This document shows, piece by piece, positions 41,230 through 51,096 of a stretch of 64,000 bases of DNA. The position numbers were made by a program, and so were the translations under genes. Origin of the DNA: Verrucomicrobiota bacterium (GTDB lineage Bacteria > Verrucomicrobiota > Verrucomicrobiia > Opitutales > Coraliomargaritaceae); contig JBCBZJ010000001.1 in assembly GCA_039815375.1 (NCBI GenBank), positions 320,001 to 384,000 of the forward strand, in the 5' to 3' direction. The notes beneath the pieces were generated by a model that saw nothing but the letters and a program-made list of their open reading frames with translations, did no database searches and was not told the origin of the DNA. Each line of letters begins with the position of its first letter. The stretch's first letter is position 1.

Positions 41230-43185
41230 GTGGGTGAATACGTAGACCTAGTCGCTGTGTGTAGGTATTTTCTAGCATTTCGGAGCCTTATATTTGTCTA
41301 TATCTTTTTTGTTCAGGCGACCCTTGCTGAGAAGATTCCATTAGAGACATTCTTCCAGCCTCGTTCTGTAGCTAAGATGAAAATTTCGCCGGATGGCGAG
41401 TATGTGGCCTTCCTTAGTCCTAAAGAGGATATGATGTGTGTTGTGATCATGGGCCTCGTGAATCAGGAAGTCAATGTGCTGCGCGGATCGCGTGCAGATG
41501 ATGTTCACAGCGTCCACTGGGCCAGTAATGAGCGGATCGTCTTCAATCTCTCAAAGCATAATACCTACGCAGCCGGCCTCTATGCCAATAAGCGCGGAAG
41601 TAATCGGACCGAGCTGCTCAACGGAACTGAGGTGGTATCCGTGGTAGATCCCTTGCCCAACGATCCGGATTACATTTTGGCATGGGTGCAGGTCGCACAT
41701 TATGGGAAAGAGCGTTTGTTAAAATACAATATCAAAACGGGTAGAATAAAATCCCCTGTTCCTGAAAGTAAATTCAAGGGAAATGTTTTTCGATGGTATG
41801 CCGAGCCGGACGGTTCGTTATTTGGCGTGGCAGTCTATCGAGATAGCGACTTAGACTTTCTTTTCCTCGATGAAGCAGGAGAGAACTGGGTGAAGTTGGA
41901 TGAGCCGGAGGGCTTTACCGGCCATGAGTTTAAGGTGCTTCATGCAGATGCTGAGAAGCGCCAACTTCTGCTCTGTGGGTATGTCAATGGAGAGAACACG
42001 GCCAGTCTAATCCCTTTTGATATGGAGACCCGAAAACTGGGTGAGCCACTTTTCCGGGATGAAAGATATGACATGATGGACGGGCTGTCACTGGTGCACT
42101 GTGATGTAAAGGGTGGTGTCGTAGGCCTTAGGTATGCCACCAGGCACCGTGAAATTGTCTGGTTCGACGAGGAATATAGAAGAATTCAGAGCATAATCGA
42201 CGCATCATTCCGGGACACGATAAATCACATCGTGGATGTTGATCATTCAATGAACCGACTCGTGGTCTATTCATATTCTGACCGGGAGCCGGGAAAGTAT
42301 TCCATAGTCGATATCGGGAAGAGCGCTATGCTACTGAGTTTTGATGCTCTGAGAGACTTGCCTTCTGTTTCGATGGCAAAGCAATTGTCCCTCAAGTTAA
42401 AGGGTCATGATAGCCTCGAATTGGAGGGCTTCGTCACACTTCCTGGTCCAAGTGATGAAGGACCCTATCCTTTTATCGTGCTTCCGCATGGAGGACCCTG
42501 GGCGCGCGATATTTGGGGGTTCGACCCACAAGTTCAATTCCTTGTTAATCGTGGATATGGGGTATTACAGCTCAATTTCCGAGGGTCGTCGGGCTACACA
42601 ACGGAGATTTCGATTGATCACGAAGGTGATTTTAGAGGTATGGTTGAGGATGTTGTTTATGCGACGAAACAGTTGGTAAAAAATGGAGTAGCGGATCCGG
42701 AATGTATCGGGATCATGGGTGCGAGTTTTGGCGGATATGTTGCCGCTCTGGCACCTGTTTTAGAACCGGATTTGTTCCGGTGTTCGATCGCGATGGCAGG
42801 TGTATTTGATCTTCCCAAGCAAATCGATAACTGGAAAAAGCGCTATTGGCGGGAAAGGATGGGAACTTATGGATATGACCGCTGGATCGATGTGCTCGGC
42901 AACCCGAAGTTGAACGAGGTATATCTTGAGTCGATTTCACCACAATATCATGCGGACAAAATAAATATACCGGTAATGCTCATCCATGGTCGATCTGACG
43001 AAGTAGTTGCTGCTTCTCAATCGAAGCGCTTCGCGAAAGCCTTATCGGTAGCTGGAAACAAACCGGAGACACATTACTTCAACTGGGAGTCCCACGGCCT
43101 TGCCAGCTGGAAAAATCGAATCAAGGCTTACCGGGCAATTGAGGAGTTTTTAGAAGAACACCTTCCGGTTGATATCGAAAATTAG
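41230..43185 (+). CDS. S9 family peptidase (prolyl oligopeptidase/acylaminoacyl-like), exported
   Basis: ISPDG, PHGGPW, NFRGSSG, GASFGG nucleophile, HGRSD, ESHG. Confidence 0.92.
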   Translation: MGEYVDLVAVCRYFLAFRSLIFVYIFFVQATLAEKIPLETFFQPRSVAKMKISPDGEYVAFLSPKEDMMCVVIMGLVNQEVNVLRGSRADDVHSVHWASNERIVFNLSKHNTYAAGLYANKRGSNRTELLNGTEVVSVVDPLPNDPDYILAWVQVAHYGKERLLKYNIKTGRIKSPVPESKFKGNVFRWYAEPDGSLFGVAVYRDSDLDFLFLDEAGENWVKLDEPEGFTGHEFKVLHADAEKRQLLLCGYVNGENTASLIPFDMETRKLGEPLFRDERYDMMDGLSLVHCDVKGGVVGLRYATRHREIVWFDEEYRRIQSIIDASFRDTINHIVDVDHSMNRLVVYSYSDREPGKYSIVDIGKSAMLLSFDALRDLPSVSMAKQLSLKLKGHDSLELEGFVTLPGPSDEGPYPFIVLPHGGPWARDIWGFDPQVQFLVNRGYGVLQLNFRGSSGYTTEISIDHEGDFRGMVEDVVYATKQLVKNGVADPECIGIMGASFGGYVAALAPVLEPDLFRCSIAMAGVFDLPKQIDNWKKRYWRERMGTYGYDRWIDVLGNPKLNEVYLESISPQYHADKINIPVMLIHGRSDEVVAASQSKRFAKALSVAGNKPETHYFNWESHGLASWKNRIKAYRAIEEFLEEHLPVDIEN

Positions 43186-44210
43186 CCGGGTTTTGTATCT
43201 GCGCGATCAGCCAACTCCTTCAGCCATCGGCGATGTGGCCCGGAGAGTGTAATACTTTCCAGATCCTTAAGTGAAATCCAGTGATGGTCCTGGGGAAGGC
43301 TTTCGGGTGCTTCCATATGATAAATCGGCTCTTTGATCCTCCGATGCGTAATCGAGCGAGTTTTGCTTAGGATCGGTTTCATTTTCTCAAGGGTGGAGGA
43401 AAGTCCTGTAGCGTTCGGCAACTCGTATTGGCCTGCGAGTTGTCCGGATTCTTTTGGAATTCGGTAAAGTAAGATTTGTGCGTTTTGGATGATCCAGGCG
43501 CGCGGAATCTCGATATGCTCGGTCGCCTTCCGTTCGATTCGAGGAATGGATTCGACTTGGATGCGACCGTAGCTCTGGCAAAATTGCTGAACGTGGCAGA
43601 GCGTGCAGAGTGGCTTACGCTTGAGGCAGACGGTCGCACCAAGTTCCATCATGGCTTGATTGTGGTCGCCCGGATTCTCCAGATTTATCAATTCTTCGGC
43701 CAGCGGAGTGAAGGCTTTAACGGCGTCTCCGTTGCCGGTGAAGCTTCTTTCGTCACCTGTAAGGCGTGCGAGGGTGCGAACGACATTGCCGTCGACCACG
43801 GCGACCGGTTCGCCAAACGAGATCGAGGCAATTGCGGCCGAAGTGTAGGGCCCGATACCGGGTAGCGTTTTCCAGTCTTCCCGGGTCTTTGGTTTGGGGT
43901 CCGACTCAACGTAGGCCTTGGCTAGCTTGTGAAGGTTGCGTGCGCGGCTGTAGTAGCCGAGACCTTCCCAGTGCTTGAGAACGTCCTCTTCAAGCGCGTC
44001 TGCCAATGTTTCGAAATCCGGAAATCGCTTCATCCAGCGCTCGAAGTAGGGCAGCATGGTTTTGATCTGGGTCTGCTGCGCCATCAGCTCAGAGACGACG
44101 GTTCGGTAGAGCGACGGCTCGGTGCGCCATGGAAGGGCTCGTTGCGCTGTGGTATACCACGCCGCGAGCGCCTCTTGAAATTGCTTCGAATTGCTCTGAA
44201 CTGATTTCAA
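43182..44210 (-). CDS. mutY: A/G-specific adenine glycosylase
   Basis: RALPWR, VSELMAQQTQ, WEGLGYYSRARNL, LPGIGPYT, VDGNVVR, C-x6-C-x2-C-x5-C; probable TTG start at 44210. Confidence 0.95.
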   Translation of the reverse strand: MKSVQSNSKQFQEALAAWYTTAQRALPWRTEPSLYRTVVSELMAQQTQIKTMLPYFERWMKRFPDFETLADALEEDVLKHWEGLGYYSRARNLHKLAKAYVESDPKPKTREDWKTLPGIGPYTSAAIASISFGEPVAVVDGNVVRTLARLTGDERSFTGNGDAVKAFTPLAEELINLENPGDHNQAMMELGATVCLKRKPLCTLCHVQQFCQSYGRIQVESIPRIERKATEHIEIPRAWIIQNAQILLYRIPKESGQLAGQYELPNATGLSSTLEKMKPILSKTRSITHRRIKEPIYHMEAPESLPQDHHWISLKDLESITLSGPHRRWLKELADRADTKPG

Positions 44211-44271
44211 ATGGACAGATGATTGATCATTGAATGCGAGACACGGATGGTTCTTCTTTAGCAAAGTCGCA

Positions 44272-45261
44272 ATGCCGAAGAAGAAAAAACAGCAGCCCGA
44301 AGACGAAGGGCCAAAAAAGAAGACCATGTATACCATCAAGCTCGATGAGGAGCAGATGGACAAATTGGCTGACTATTTGGAAGAGGGGCACCAGGGCCCT
44401 TGGTTTCATTACGATGTGGCCTACTCGCTTTTCGCATTCAAGGGAGAGAAGGTCAACGTGGTCGGCTATCAAAGCGGCAAACTTGTTGTTTCAGGCAAAA
44501 ATACAGAGGAGTTCGTGCAGAACATTCTGGAGGCCGAGATCACCGGCGAAGCTAAGCTCGGCTACGATGAGGTGCACAATCCCGAGTGGTTCGAGCTGCA
44601 TGCAGGAATGGACGAGAGCGGCAAGGGCGATCTCTTTGGTCCGCTGGTGACAGCCTGCGTGATCGCTGATGGGGATATGGTACGTCAATGGCTCGAGCTC
44701 GGAGTGGCCGACAGTAAGAAGCTAACCGATGGCAGCATTCTAAAGCTCGAGAAGGAGATCCGGAAAACCAAAGGCGTGGTGATCAAGACAGCCTTTGCGC
44801 GTATGCCAAAATACAATGACCTTTATTACAAGTTCGATAAGAACCTGAACAAGCTCCTTGCCTGGTATCACAGCAAGTCGCTCATCGGTGCGCTCGAAGA
44901 GCGCTCGGCTCCATGGGGTCTACTCGACCAGTTTACGAAGGAGAAGTTGGTCGATGCTTACGTAAAAGACAGGAAGGACTTCAAGTTGATCAGCCGCACA
45001 AAGGCGGAGTCGGATCCGGTTGTTGCTGCGGCTTCGATTGTGGCCCGGTCAGTCTATGTGCGAGAAATGAAGCGGCTTTCAGAGGAGGTCGGGGAGAAGC
45101 TGATTAAGGGAGCTAGCGGAAAGGTCTTGGAACAGGCCAAAAAGATCGTCGAAGAAAAAGGTGCGGATGCACTCAGAGGATTTGCCAAGATGCACTTCAA
45201 GACGGCCTATGAAGCACAGGGGATCGAACCGCCGAAGAAGCCGGCTTGGTATAAATATTAG
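44272..45261 (+). CDS. rnhC: ribonuclease HIII
   Basis: N-terminal TBP-like domain (YQSGKLVVSG), GMDESGKGDLFGP, DSKKL, DQF, VAAASIVAR, KMHFKT. Confidence 0.92.
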   Translation: MPKKKKQQPEDEGPKKKTMYTIKLDEEQMDKLADYLEEGHQGPWFHYDVAYSLFAFKGEKVNVVGYQSGKLVVSGKNTEEFVQNILEAEITGEAKLGYDEVHNPEWFELHAGMDESGKGDLFGPLVTACVIADGDMVRQWLELGVADSKKLTDGSILKLEKEIRKTKGVVIKTAFARMPKYNDLYYKFDKNLNKLLAWYHSKSLIGALEERSAPWGLLDQFTKEKLVDAYVKDRKDFKLISRTKAESDPVVAAASIVARSVYVREMKRLSEEVGEKLIKGASGKVLEQAKKIVEEKGADALRGFAKMHFKTAYEAQGIEPPKKPAWYKY

Positions 45262-45271
45262 GACCGTTTTC

Positions 45272-45473
45272 GCTCAGCTCAAAGGATGATGTTGGCACTG
45301 TAGTTCGAATCGATATATTCCAACCTCAAGAGTCTATGAACCGGGTGATTTAAACCGGATGCTGCCATAGGCCGAGAAGTGTGCTCCGCAACCGAAGAGC
45401 GAAGAAGCGTATCATCCTACCTGACTGCAGCTCTGACGGGCAGCGATGTGCGCTTGTCGCCTAAGTTCTGAGC
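45272..45473 (+). ncRNA. ssrS: 6S RNA candidate
   Basis: About 200 nt rod-like fold with a central bubble; GATAT-ATTCCAACCTCAAGA and CCGAGAAG resemble E. coli 6S motifs; extended -10 TGgTATAAA at 45247-45255. Confidence 0.78.
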
Positions 45474-45620
45474 AATGACGTCACTCGATACCATGTTTTT
45501 GAAGTTCGTTTACATCGTTTCGGTTTAAAAGCTTCGATGCTGGACAATGGCTTATTAGGCTATCTGCTTGAGTTTTAGAGTCAGTTCTGGTCTCTCTAAC
45601 AGCAGGATTTTTAACAGCTT

Positions 45621-46700
45621 ATGGCAGATATAGATGTCTTTTTTGATGCGTTGCTCGACTTCAAGGGCTCGGATTTACACCTGTCCACAGGAAATCCGCC
45701 GATCATCCGGATCAATGGTGAACTGGAAGCGCTCGACCATCCGGCTCTCGTAGAGGCCCCTCTGAAGGAAATGCTTTATGAGATTTGCCCGTCACAGAAG
45801 ATCGTTGAATTTGAGGAAACCGGCGACACCGATTTTGGCTACGACTTTCAAAATAAAGCGCGGCTTCGGGCTAATTTCTTTCGACAAAAGGAGGGCATAG
45901 CCTGTGTTTTTCGGCTTATTCCGATGACGATTTTGAGTGCTGAACAGCTCGGCTTACCGGATATCTGCAGGAAATTCGCCAAACTTAAACAAGGGCTCGT
46001 GCTGGTGACAGGGCCCACAGGTTCTGGTAAATCAACGACGCTCGCTGCTATAATCGACCATGCCAATGAGGTTCGCTCGGACCATATCCTTACGGTTGAG
46101 GACCCGATAGAATTTGTTCATGTCAGCAAGGAGGCCCTAATCAATCACCGGGAAGTTGGGGTTGATACGCGTTCCTTTGCCTCTGCACTGCGTGGAGCGC
46201 TTCGTGAAGATCCGGATGTGATTCTCGTTGGTGAGATGCGCGACCTTGAAACGATATCGCTTGCACTGGAGGCGGCAGCAACGGGGCACCTGGTCTTCGG
46301 CACCTTGCATACTCCTAGTGCGGCCAAGACAATCGACCGCATCATCGATGTTTTTCCAGCCAATCAGCAAAATCAGATTCGCACTACATTGGCTGACTCC
46401 CTCGTCGGAGTGATTGCACAAAATTTATTCAAGCGCATCGATAAGCCTGGCCGATGTGCGGCGTTGGAAATACTCGTAGTTGATACGCCTATTGCAAATC
46501 TCATTCGTGAGGGGAAGACCTACCAAATCCCGTCGATGATCGAGGTGGGTAGGAAGAAGGGAAACCGTCCTCTGGACGATGCCATTATGGACCACTTGGA
46601 AAACAAGCGGATAAGTCCGGAAGAGGCCTTCGTGAAGTGTATTGATAAGCGGAAGATGTTACCCTTCCTGGATCGCGAGCCCGAGCCTTGGGAAATGTAG
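45621..46700 (+). CDS. pilT: type IV pilus retraction ATPase
   Basis: [62 protein letters not shown]. Confidence 0.94.
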   Translation: MADIDVFFDALLDFKGSDLHLSTGNPPIIRINGELEALDHPALVEAPLKEMLYEICPSQKIVEFEETGDTDFGYDFQNKARLRANFFRQKEGIACVFRLIPMTILSAEQLGLPDICRKFAKLKQGLVLVTGPTGSGKSTTLAAIIDHANEVRSDHILTVEDPIEFVHVSKEALINHREVGVDTRSFASALRGALREDPDVILVGEMRDLETISLALEAAATGHLVFGTLHTPSAAKTIDRIIDVFPANQQNQIRTTLADSLVGVIAQNLFKRIDKPGRCAALEILVVDTPIANLIREGKTYQIPSMIEVGRKKGNRPLDDAIMDHLENKRISPEEAFVKCIDKRKMLPFLDREPEPWEM

Positions 46701-46713
46701 GTCTCCGTCTAGC

Positions 46714-48009
46714 TTAGCTTTGGCTTTGTGCGGCTAAAGCTTTGTTGCCTCCAAGCATTGAAAAGAGGGCAAAGGCACCAACCACAAAGAAGCAGACCAG
46801 CGGGACCAAGTAGGAGATGTTCACGCCAGCAACGTCGACCAGGTATCCTTGAAGGAGAGGGAACAAGGCACCGCCTAGAATTGCCATGATCAGGCCGGAG
46901 CCGCCAATTTTGGTGTGCTCACCCAGGCCTTCTGTCCCAAGTCCAAAGATGGTCGGGAACATTAAGGACATGCATGCGGAGATACCGACAAGTGCGTAGA
47001 CTCCAGTTTCGCCACCCACGAAGACGACGACAAGAGATAGGAGCGCTGCAATGGAAGCCATGATGAAAAGAAGGGTGCTCGGGCGAACGAAACTCATTAG
47101 GCCGGTGCAGACGAAACGCCCGATTAGGAAGAGGATGATTGCAACGGTATGGTATTTGAGCGCTTCACTGTCAGCTATACCCAACTGTTCCGGAATGTAA
47201 TGAACGGTGAAGGTCCAAACCGAAATCTGGACACCGACGAAGAAGAACTGGGCAATCACGGCGAAGACGTAGTGGCTGTTGGCAATCAGGGCTTTCACGG
47301 ATTCGCCAAAGTGGGTCTGCTGGTCGGGGGTTTCCGCATGGGCCGAGGCGTGCGGCATTTTCATAAAGGCAATGAGTGCCCAGACCAGAAGCAGAAAGAT
47401 ACCAACTGAAATATAGGGTGTAACTACGATTTTGAGGGCCTGTCCTTGTGCTTCCGGATTGACCTCGGCCAAAGCAGATAAGTTCGATAGCTCGTTATCC
47501 TCAAGACGCTTGAGGATGAAAATTTGGCAGATTTGAGTGCCGACGATGGAGCCGACCGGGTTGAAGGACTGCGCGAGGTTGAGCCTTTGGGTCGCGGTCT
47601 CTGCCGGTCCGATACTGAAGATATAGGGATTGGCCGCAGTCTCGAGAATAGAGAGGCCCCCCGCCAGCACGAAGAAGGAGATTAGGAAAAATTGAAAGTT
47701 CTGCAGGTAGCCTGCAGGGAAGAAGAGAAAACATCCGATGATATAGATGCCGAGCCCCATCAGCACACCCACTTTATAGCTGAATCGACGAACGATGAGG
47801 GCACCTGGAATAGCGAGACAGAAGTAGGCACCGTAGAAGGCAAATTGGATGAAGGAGGACTCCAGATTACTCATGTCCGGATAGATTCCGGTGAAGGCCT
47901 TGACCAAGGGATCGGTCATGTTGTTAGCCAGTCCCCACCAGGCGAAGCAGCTCGCAAGCACGATGAAGGGGAGAAGAATATTACGGGGGACGATAGCAGG
48001 TTTACTCAT
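46714..48009 (-). CDS. fucP: L-fucose:H+ symporter family MFS permease
   Basis: IQFAFYGAY, LETAANPY, RLNLAQSFNP, SLMFPTIF, LIMAILGGA. Confidence 0.88.
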   Translation of the reverse strand: MSKPAIVPRNILLPFIVLASCFAWWGLANNMTDPLVKAFTGIYPDMSNLESSFIQFAFYGAYFCLAIPGALIVRRFSYKVGVLMGLGIYIIGCFLFFPAGYLQNFQFFLISFFVLAGGLSILETAANPYIFSIGPAETATQRLNLAQSFNPVGSIVGTQICQIFILKRLEDNELSNLSALAEVNPEAQGQALKIVVTPYISVGIFLLLVWALIAFMKMPHASAHAETPDQQTHFGESVKALIANSHYVFAVIAQFFFVGVQISVWTFTVHYIPEQLGIADSEALKYHTVAIILFLIGRFVCTGLMSFVRPSTLLFIMASIAALLSLVVVFVGGETGVYALVGISACMSLMFPTIFGLGTEGLGEHTKIGGSGLIMAILGGALFPLLQGYLVDVAGVNISYLVPLVCFFVVGAFALFSMLGGNKALAAQSQS

Positions 48010-48064
48010 GAGAGCTTAGTTGAATAGTTTGTGTGGTGTTTGTTGGGATATTGTAGCTGCAGAC

Positions 48065-49660
48065 TTAAAGGGATACGCCACGCTTCCAGGGAATGAAATC
48101 GTTTTGTTCCAGCTGCATCGCCTTGGTTTCTTTGCCGCTGGCAACTTCGATAATCATTTCGAGGATCGCGTCGCCGACTTCTTGGATAGATGATTCGCCC
48201 GTTATGACTGTTCCGGTGTTGATGTCGATAATATCATGCATGGTCTCGTAGAGTCTGGAGTTACTGGATATCTTAATGACAGGTGCAACAGGATTGCCGG
48301 TGGGTGTGCCAAGTCCTGTCGTGAAGAGGATGCAATTGGCGCCGCTACCAGCGAGGCCAGTAGTCGATTCGACATCGTTTCCGGGTGTGCAAAGTAGGTT
48401 GAGACCTGCGTTGCGGGCCGGCTCGGTGTAGTCGAGGATATCACTAACAGGTGCACGCCCTCCTTTCTGAGCTGCGCCGGCCGACTTGATCGCATCGGTG
48501 ATTAGGCCGTCTTTGATGTTTCCGGGAGATGGATTCATATCAAAGCCCGAGCCGACTGCCTTGGCGGCCCATTCGTAGGCCTGCTGGATGCGGAGGAACT
48601 TCTTGGCAAGCTCGGGTGTAGTGCAGCGGTCGATGATGTCCTGCTCGACTCCATTGAGCTCAGGGAACTCACTGAGAATGGTGGTGCCTCCCAACGCGAT
48701 GATCAGGTCGGAGGCACGACCGACCGATGGGTTGGCAGAGATGCCAGAAAATCCGTCTGAACCGCCACATTCCAAGCCGACGATGAGTTTATCAAGTCCG
48801 GCAGGCTTGCGTTCAATCCGGTTTACTTCAGGCAACACGTTTAGTGTCTGATCAATGGCAGCTTTGATGGTCTTTTCCTCAGAGAGCATTTGTTGCTGCT
48901 CGACATAGATGATCGGCTTTTCGCTCTGCGGGTAGAGCTCGCTTTGGATCTCTTTGAACCAATCGATTTGTGCATGTTGGCAGCCGAGGCTAAGCACCGT
49001 GGCACCCGCGACATTCGGATGGTGCACATAGCCGGCAAGTAAGCGGAGCAACGTTTCAGCATCCTGGCGGGTGCCTCCGCAGCCGCCATCGTGGTAAAGA
49101 AAACGAATGCCATCGATGTTCTCGAAGACCCGTTCCTGTTTGGGCGGCTCAAAGGCGAGTGTCTTCAACTGCTCAGCTACGTAAGCCTCGTATTGGTTGT
49201 TGCGGTAGTAGCCCAGATGCTTGACGAGCGCTTCCTCGATGCACTTGAGGTTGCGGTTTTCGCAAAAGACTAATGGAATAAACAGCCAATAGTTGGCAGT
49301 GCCAACTCGGCCATCAGCGCGATGATAGCCCATGAAGGTTTTGTCCTGCCATTTGTCGACCTCGGGTGCCTCCCATTGATATAAAGCGTCTTTCAGAGTC
49401 GCCGGCTCGGCGTAGTGACTGGTGTTTTCAATAGTGAGTAGAGTGCCCGCCGGGAGATCTTCGTTAACGGTTCCGACTGGCACACCATACATGATGACCT
49501 CCTCGCTTTTGGGTAGCGATGCCTCGAGGAATTTATGCTTTTGAGGGACCGTTTTGGGTAGATACAATTCACCATCGCTGGTCTGAATATGTCCTCTGGC
49601 TAAATCACCTAGGGCGACCAGCACATTATCACTAGGATGAATCTTCAGAGTCGGGCTCAT
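48065..49660 (-). CDS. uxaA: altronate dehydratase family (UxaA/GarD) with SAF domain
   Basis: IHPSDNVLVAL, GRVGTANY, LECGGSDGFSGISANP, NPSPGNIKDGL, FTTGLGTP, WKRGVSL. Confidence 0.88.
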   Translation of the reverse strand: MSPTLKIHPSDNVLVALGDLARGHIQTSDGELYLPKTVPQKHKFLEASLPKSEEVIMYGVPVGTVNEDLPAGTLLTIENTSHYAEPATLKDALYQWEAPEVDKWQDKTFMGYHRADGRVGTANYWLFIPLVFCENRNLKCIEEALVKHLGYYRNNQYEAYVAEQLKTLAFEPPKQERVFENIDGIRFLYHDGGCGGTRQDAETLLRLLAGYVHHPNVAGATVLSLGCQHAQIDWFKEIQSELYPQSEKPIIYVEQQQMLSEEKTIKAAIDQTLNVLPEVNRIERKPAGLDKLIVGLECGGSDGFSGISANPSVGRASDLIIALGGTTILSEFPELNGVEQDIIDRCTTPELAKKFLRIQQAYEWAAKAVGSGFDMNPSPGNIKDGLITDAIKSAGAAQKGGRAPVSDILDYTEPARNAGLNLLCTPGNDVESTTGLAGSGANCILFTTGLGTPTGNPVAPVIKISSNSRLYETMHDIIDINTGTVITGESSIQEVGDAILEMIIEVASGKETKAMQLEQNDFIPWKRGVSL

Positions 49661-49672
49661 TGTGGGGTATCT

Positions 49673-49712
49673 AAAAACAAAGACAGTGACGCCGCACTGA
49701 TGCGTCACTGTC
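49673..49712 (-). terminator. intrinsic terminator between the DUF1552 gene and uxaA
   Basis: Perfect 11-bp stem GACAGTGACGC/GCGTCACTGTC followed by TTTGTTTTT on the minus strand. Confidence 0.75.
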
Positions 49713-49746
49713 GCAAAGGTTAATTCTCTGTTTGTTTGGCTCCGGT

Positions 49747-51096
49747 TTAGGTGAACACGGACGAAAGTTTTCCGGTGCTGTCGGAGAAGCTCTCTGTCTC
49801 CACTCCAACTGCGTTGAGCATGCTGACAAAGAGATTCGACATCGGCTCATGTTGTTCGTCGAAGACGGTGTATTCACCATGCTTCAATCCAAGGTTCTTA
49901 CCGCCTGCCAGAACAAGCGGATAGTTACGCGCATTGTGTGTGTTACTGCAGGCGCTGCCATAGAGTGTGACGGTGTTGTCAATGAGAGGACCATATTCAT
50001 CGCTGGTGTTCTTTAAGCGATCAATGAAGTAAGCGAATTGCTTGGTCATCCATTCGTCGTAGCGGCCCCATTGTTCCCAGCGGTTCGCACCTTTATCGTG
50101 GGAAATCGCATGGTGACCTTTCTTGATGCCAAGGGCGATGTTCGGGAAGTTGTCGCCGAAGCCCATACCATCCTCACGCGCCATCATGAAGGTGCTAACA
50201 CGTGTGATGTCGATCTGGAATGCCAAAATCATGAGATCGAAGATTGAGCGGAGGTAGGCCTCTGCGTTTAGCTCAGGATTCGCGGAGAGGTCAAGTGCGC
50301 TGGCATCAAATTGCTTGAGCGGGATATCGAGCCACTTCTCGTTGCGACGTACTTGCTCCTCCACGCTGTTGAGCGAGGTGAGGTATTCATCCATCTTGGC
50401 CTTATCGTTTTGGCCAAGGCGTCGCTGTAGGCTTTTGCTGTCTTCCAGCACGAGATCGACGATTTTCTTGCCTTTGTTAATACTCTTTCGTCGCTCTGCA
50501 GTAGTGCCACTGCCACCGGCCGAAAAGTAGCGCTCGAAGATTTCGCGCTGACGATGCTCGGCTGGCATAGCGCGTCCAGTGCGGTCGTAGGATAGTGTAG
50601 TCGAACGCGACTTGTAGCCGACCCCGCCATCAGTCGAGAGCGAGAGCGATGGGAAGCGCGTGTAACGGCTCATTGCTTCTGCAGCGACCTGATCAACAGA
50701 GATGCTGTTGTTATAGGCGGCACGCAGATCCCCACCGGTCAACCAGGTGTCGCCAGCAATGTGGCCAAGGACCTTTCGGCTACGCGGATGGCTGAGTCCG
50801 CCCATGATCGATATATCATCACGATAGGGCTCTAGCGTCGAGAGTGTCTGAGTCAATTTATAGTCTTTGCCTTCGCCAATCGGGAACCAGTTCCACTTTT
50901 CGTGTTCTGGGCTACCAACCGGAGGCATGGACACTCCGTTCGGAAGGTAGATGAAGCACATTCGTTTGGGTGCACCAGGGGCTGAAATATTCAGATTCTT
51001 GGTAACACCCATGCATTCCAGGTAGGGTAGTGCGCAGCAAACACCCAGGCCTTTAAGGAAGGTGCGTCTATCGAGATGCCATGGCTTTCTGCTCAT
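49747..51096 (-). CDS. DUF1552 (HXXSHH) family protein, Tat-like signal
   Basis: DRRTFLKGLG...LPYLE, YLPNGV, SISVDQVAA, DITRVSTF, HHAISH, PMSNLFVSML. Confidence 0.9.
   Translation of the reverse strand: MSRKPWHLDRRTFLKGLGVCCALPYLECMGVTKNLNISAPGAPKRMCFIYLPNGVSMPPVGSPEHEKWNWFPIGEGKDYKLTQTLSTLEPYRDDISIMGGLSHPRSRKVLGHIAGDTWLTGGDLRAAYNNSISVDQVAAEAMSRYTRFPSLSLSTDGGVGYKSRSTTLSYDRTGRAMPAEHRQREIFERYFSAGGSGTTAERRKSINKGKKIVDLVLEDSKSLQRRLGQNDKAKMDEYLTSLNSVEEQVRRNEKWLDIPLKQFDASALDLSANPELNAEAYLRSIFDLMILAFQIDITRVSTFMMAREDGMGFGDNFPNIALGIKKGHHAISHDKGANRWEQWGRYDEWMTKQFAYFIDRLKNTSDEYGPLIDNTVTLYGSACSNTHNARNYPLVLAGGKNLGLKHGEYTVFDEQHEPMSNLFVSMLNAVGVETESFSDSTGKLSSVFT

Noticed and set aside
44211..44363. Apparent overlap of the mutY and rnhC ORFs
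   Set aside because: Artefact of longest-ORF starts; probable starts at 44210 (-) and 44272 (+) do not overlap
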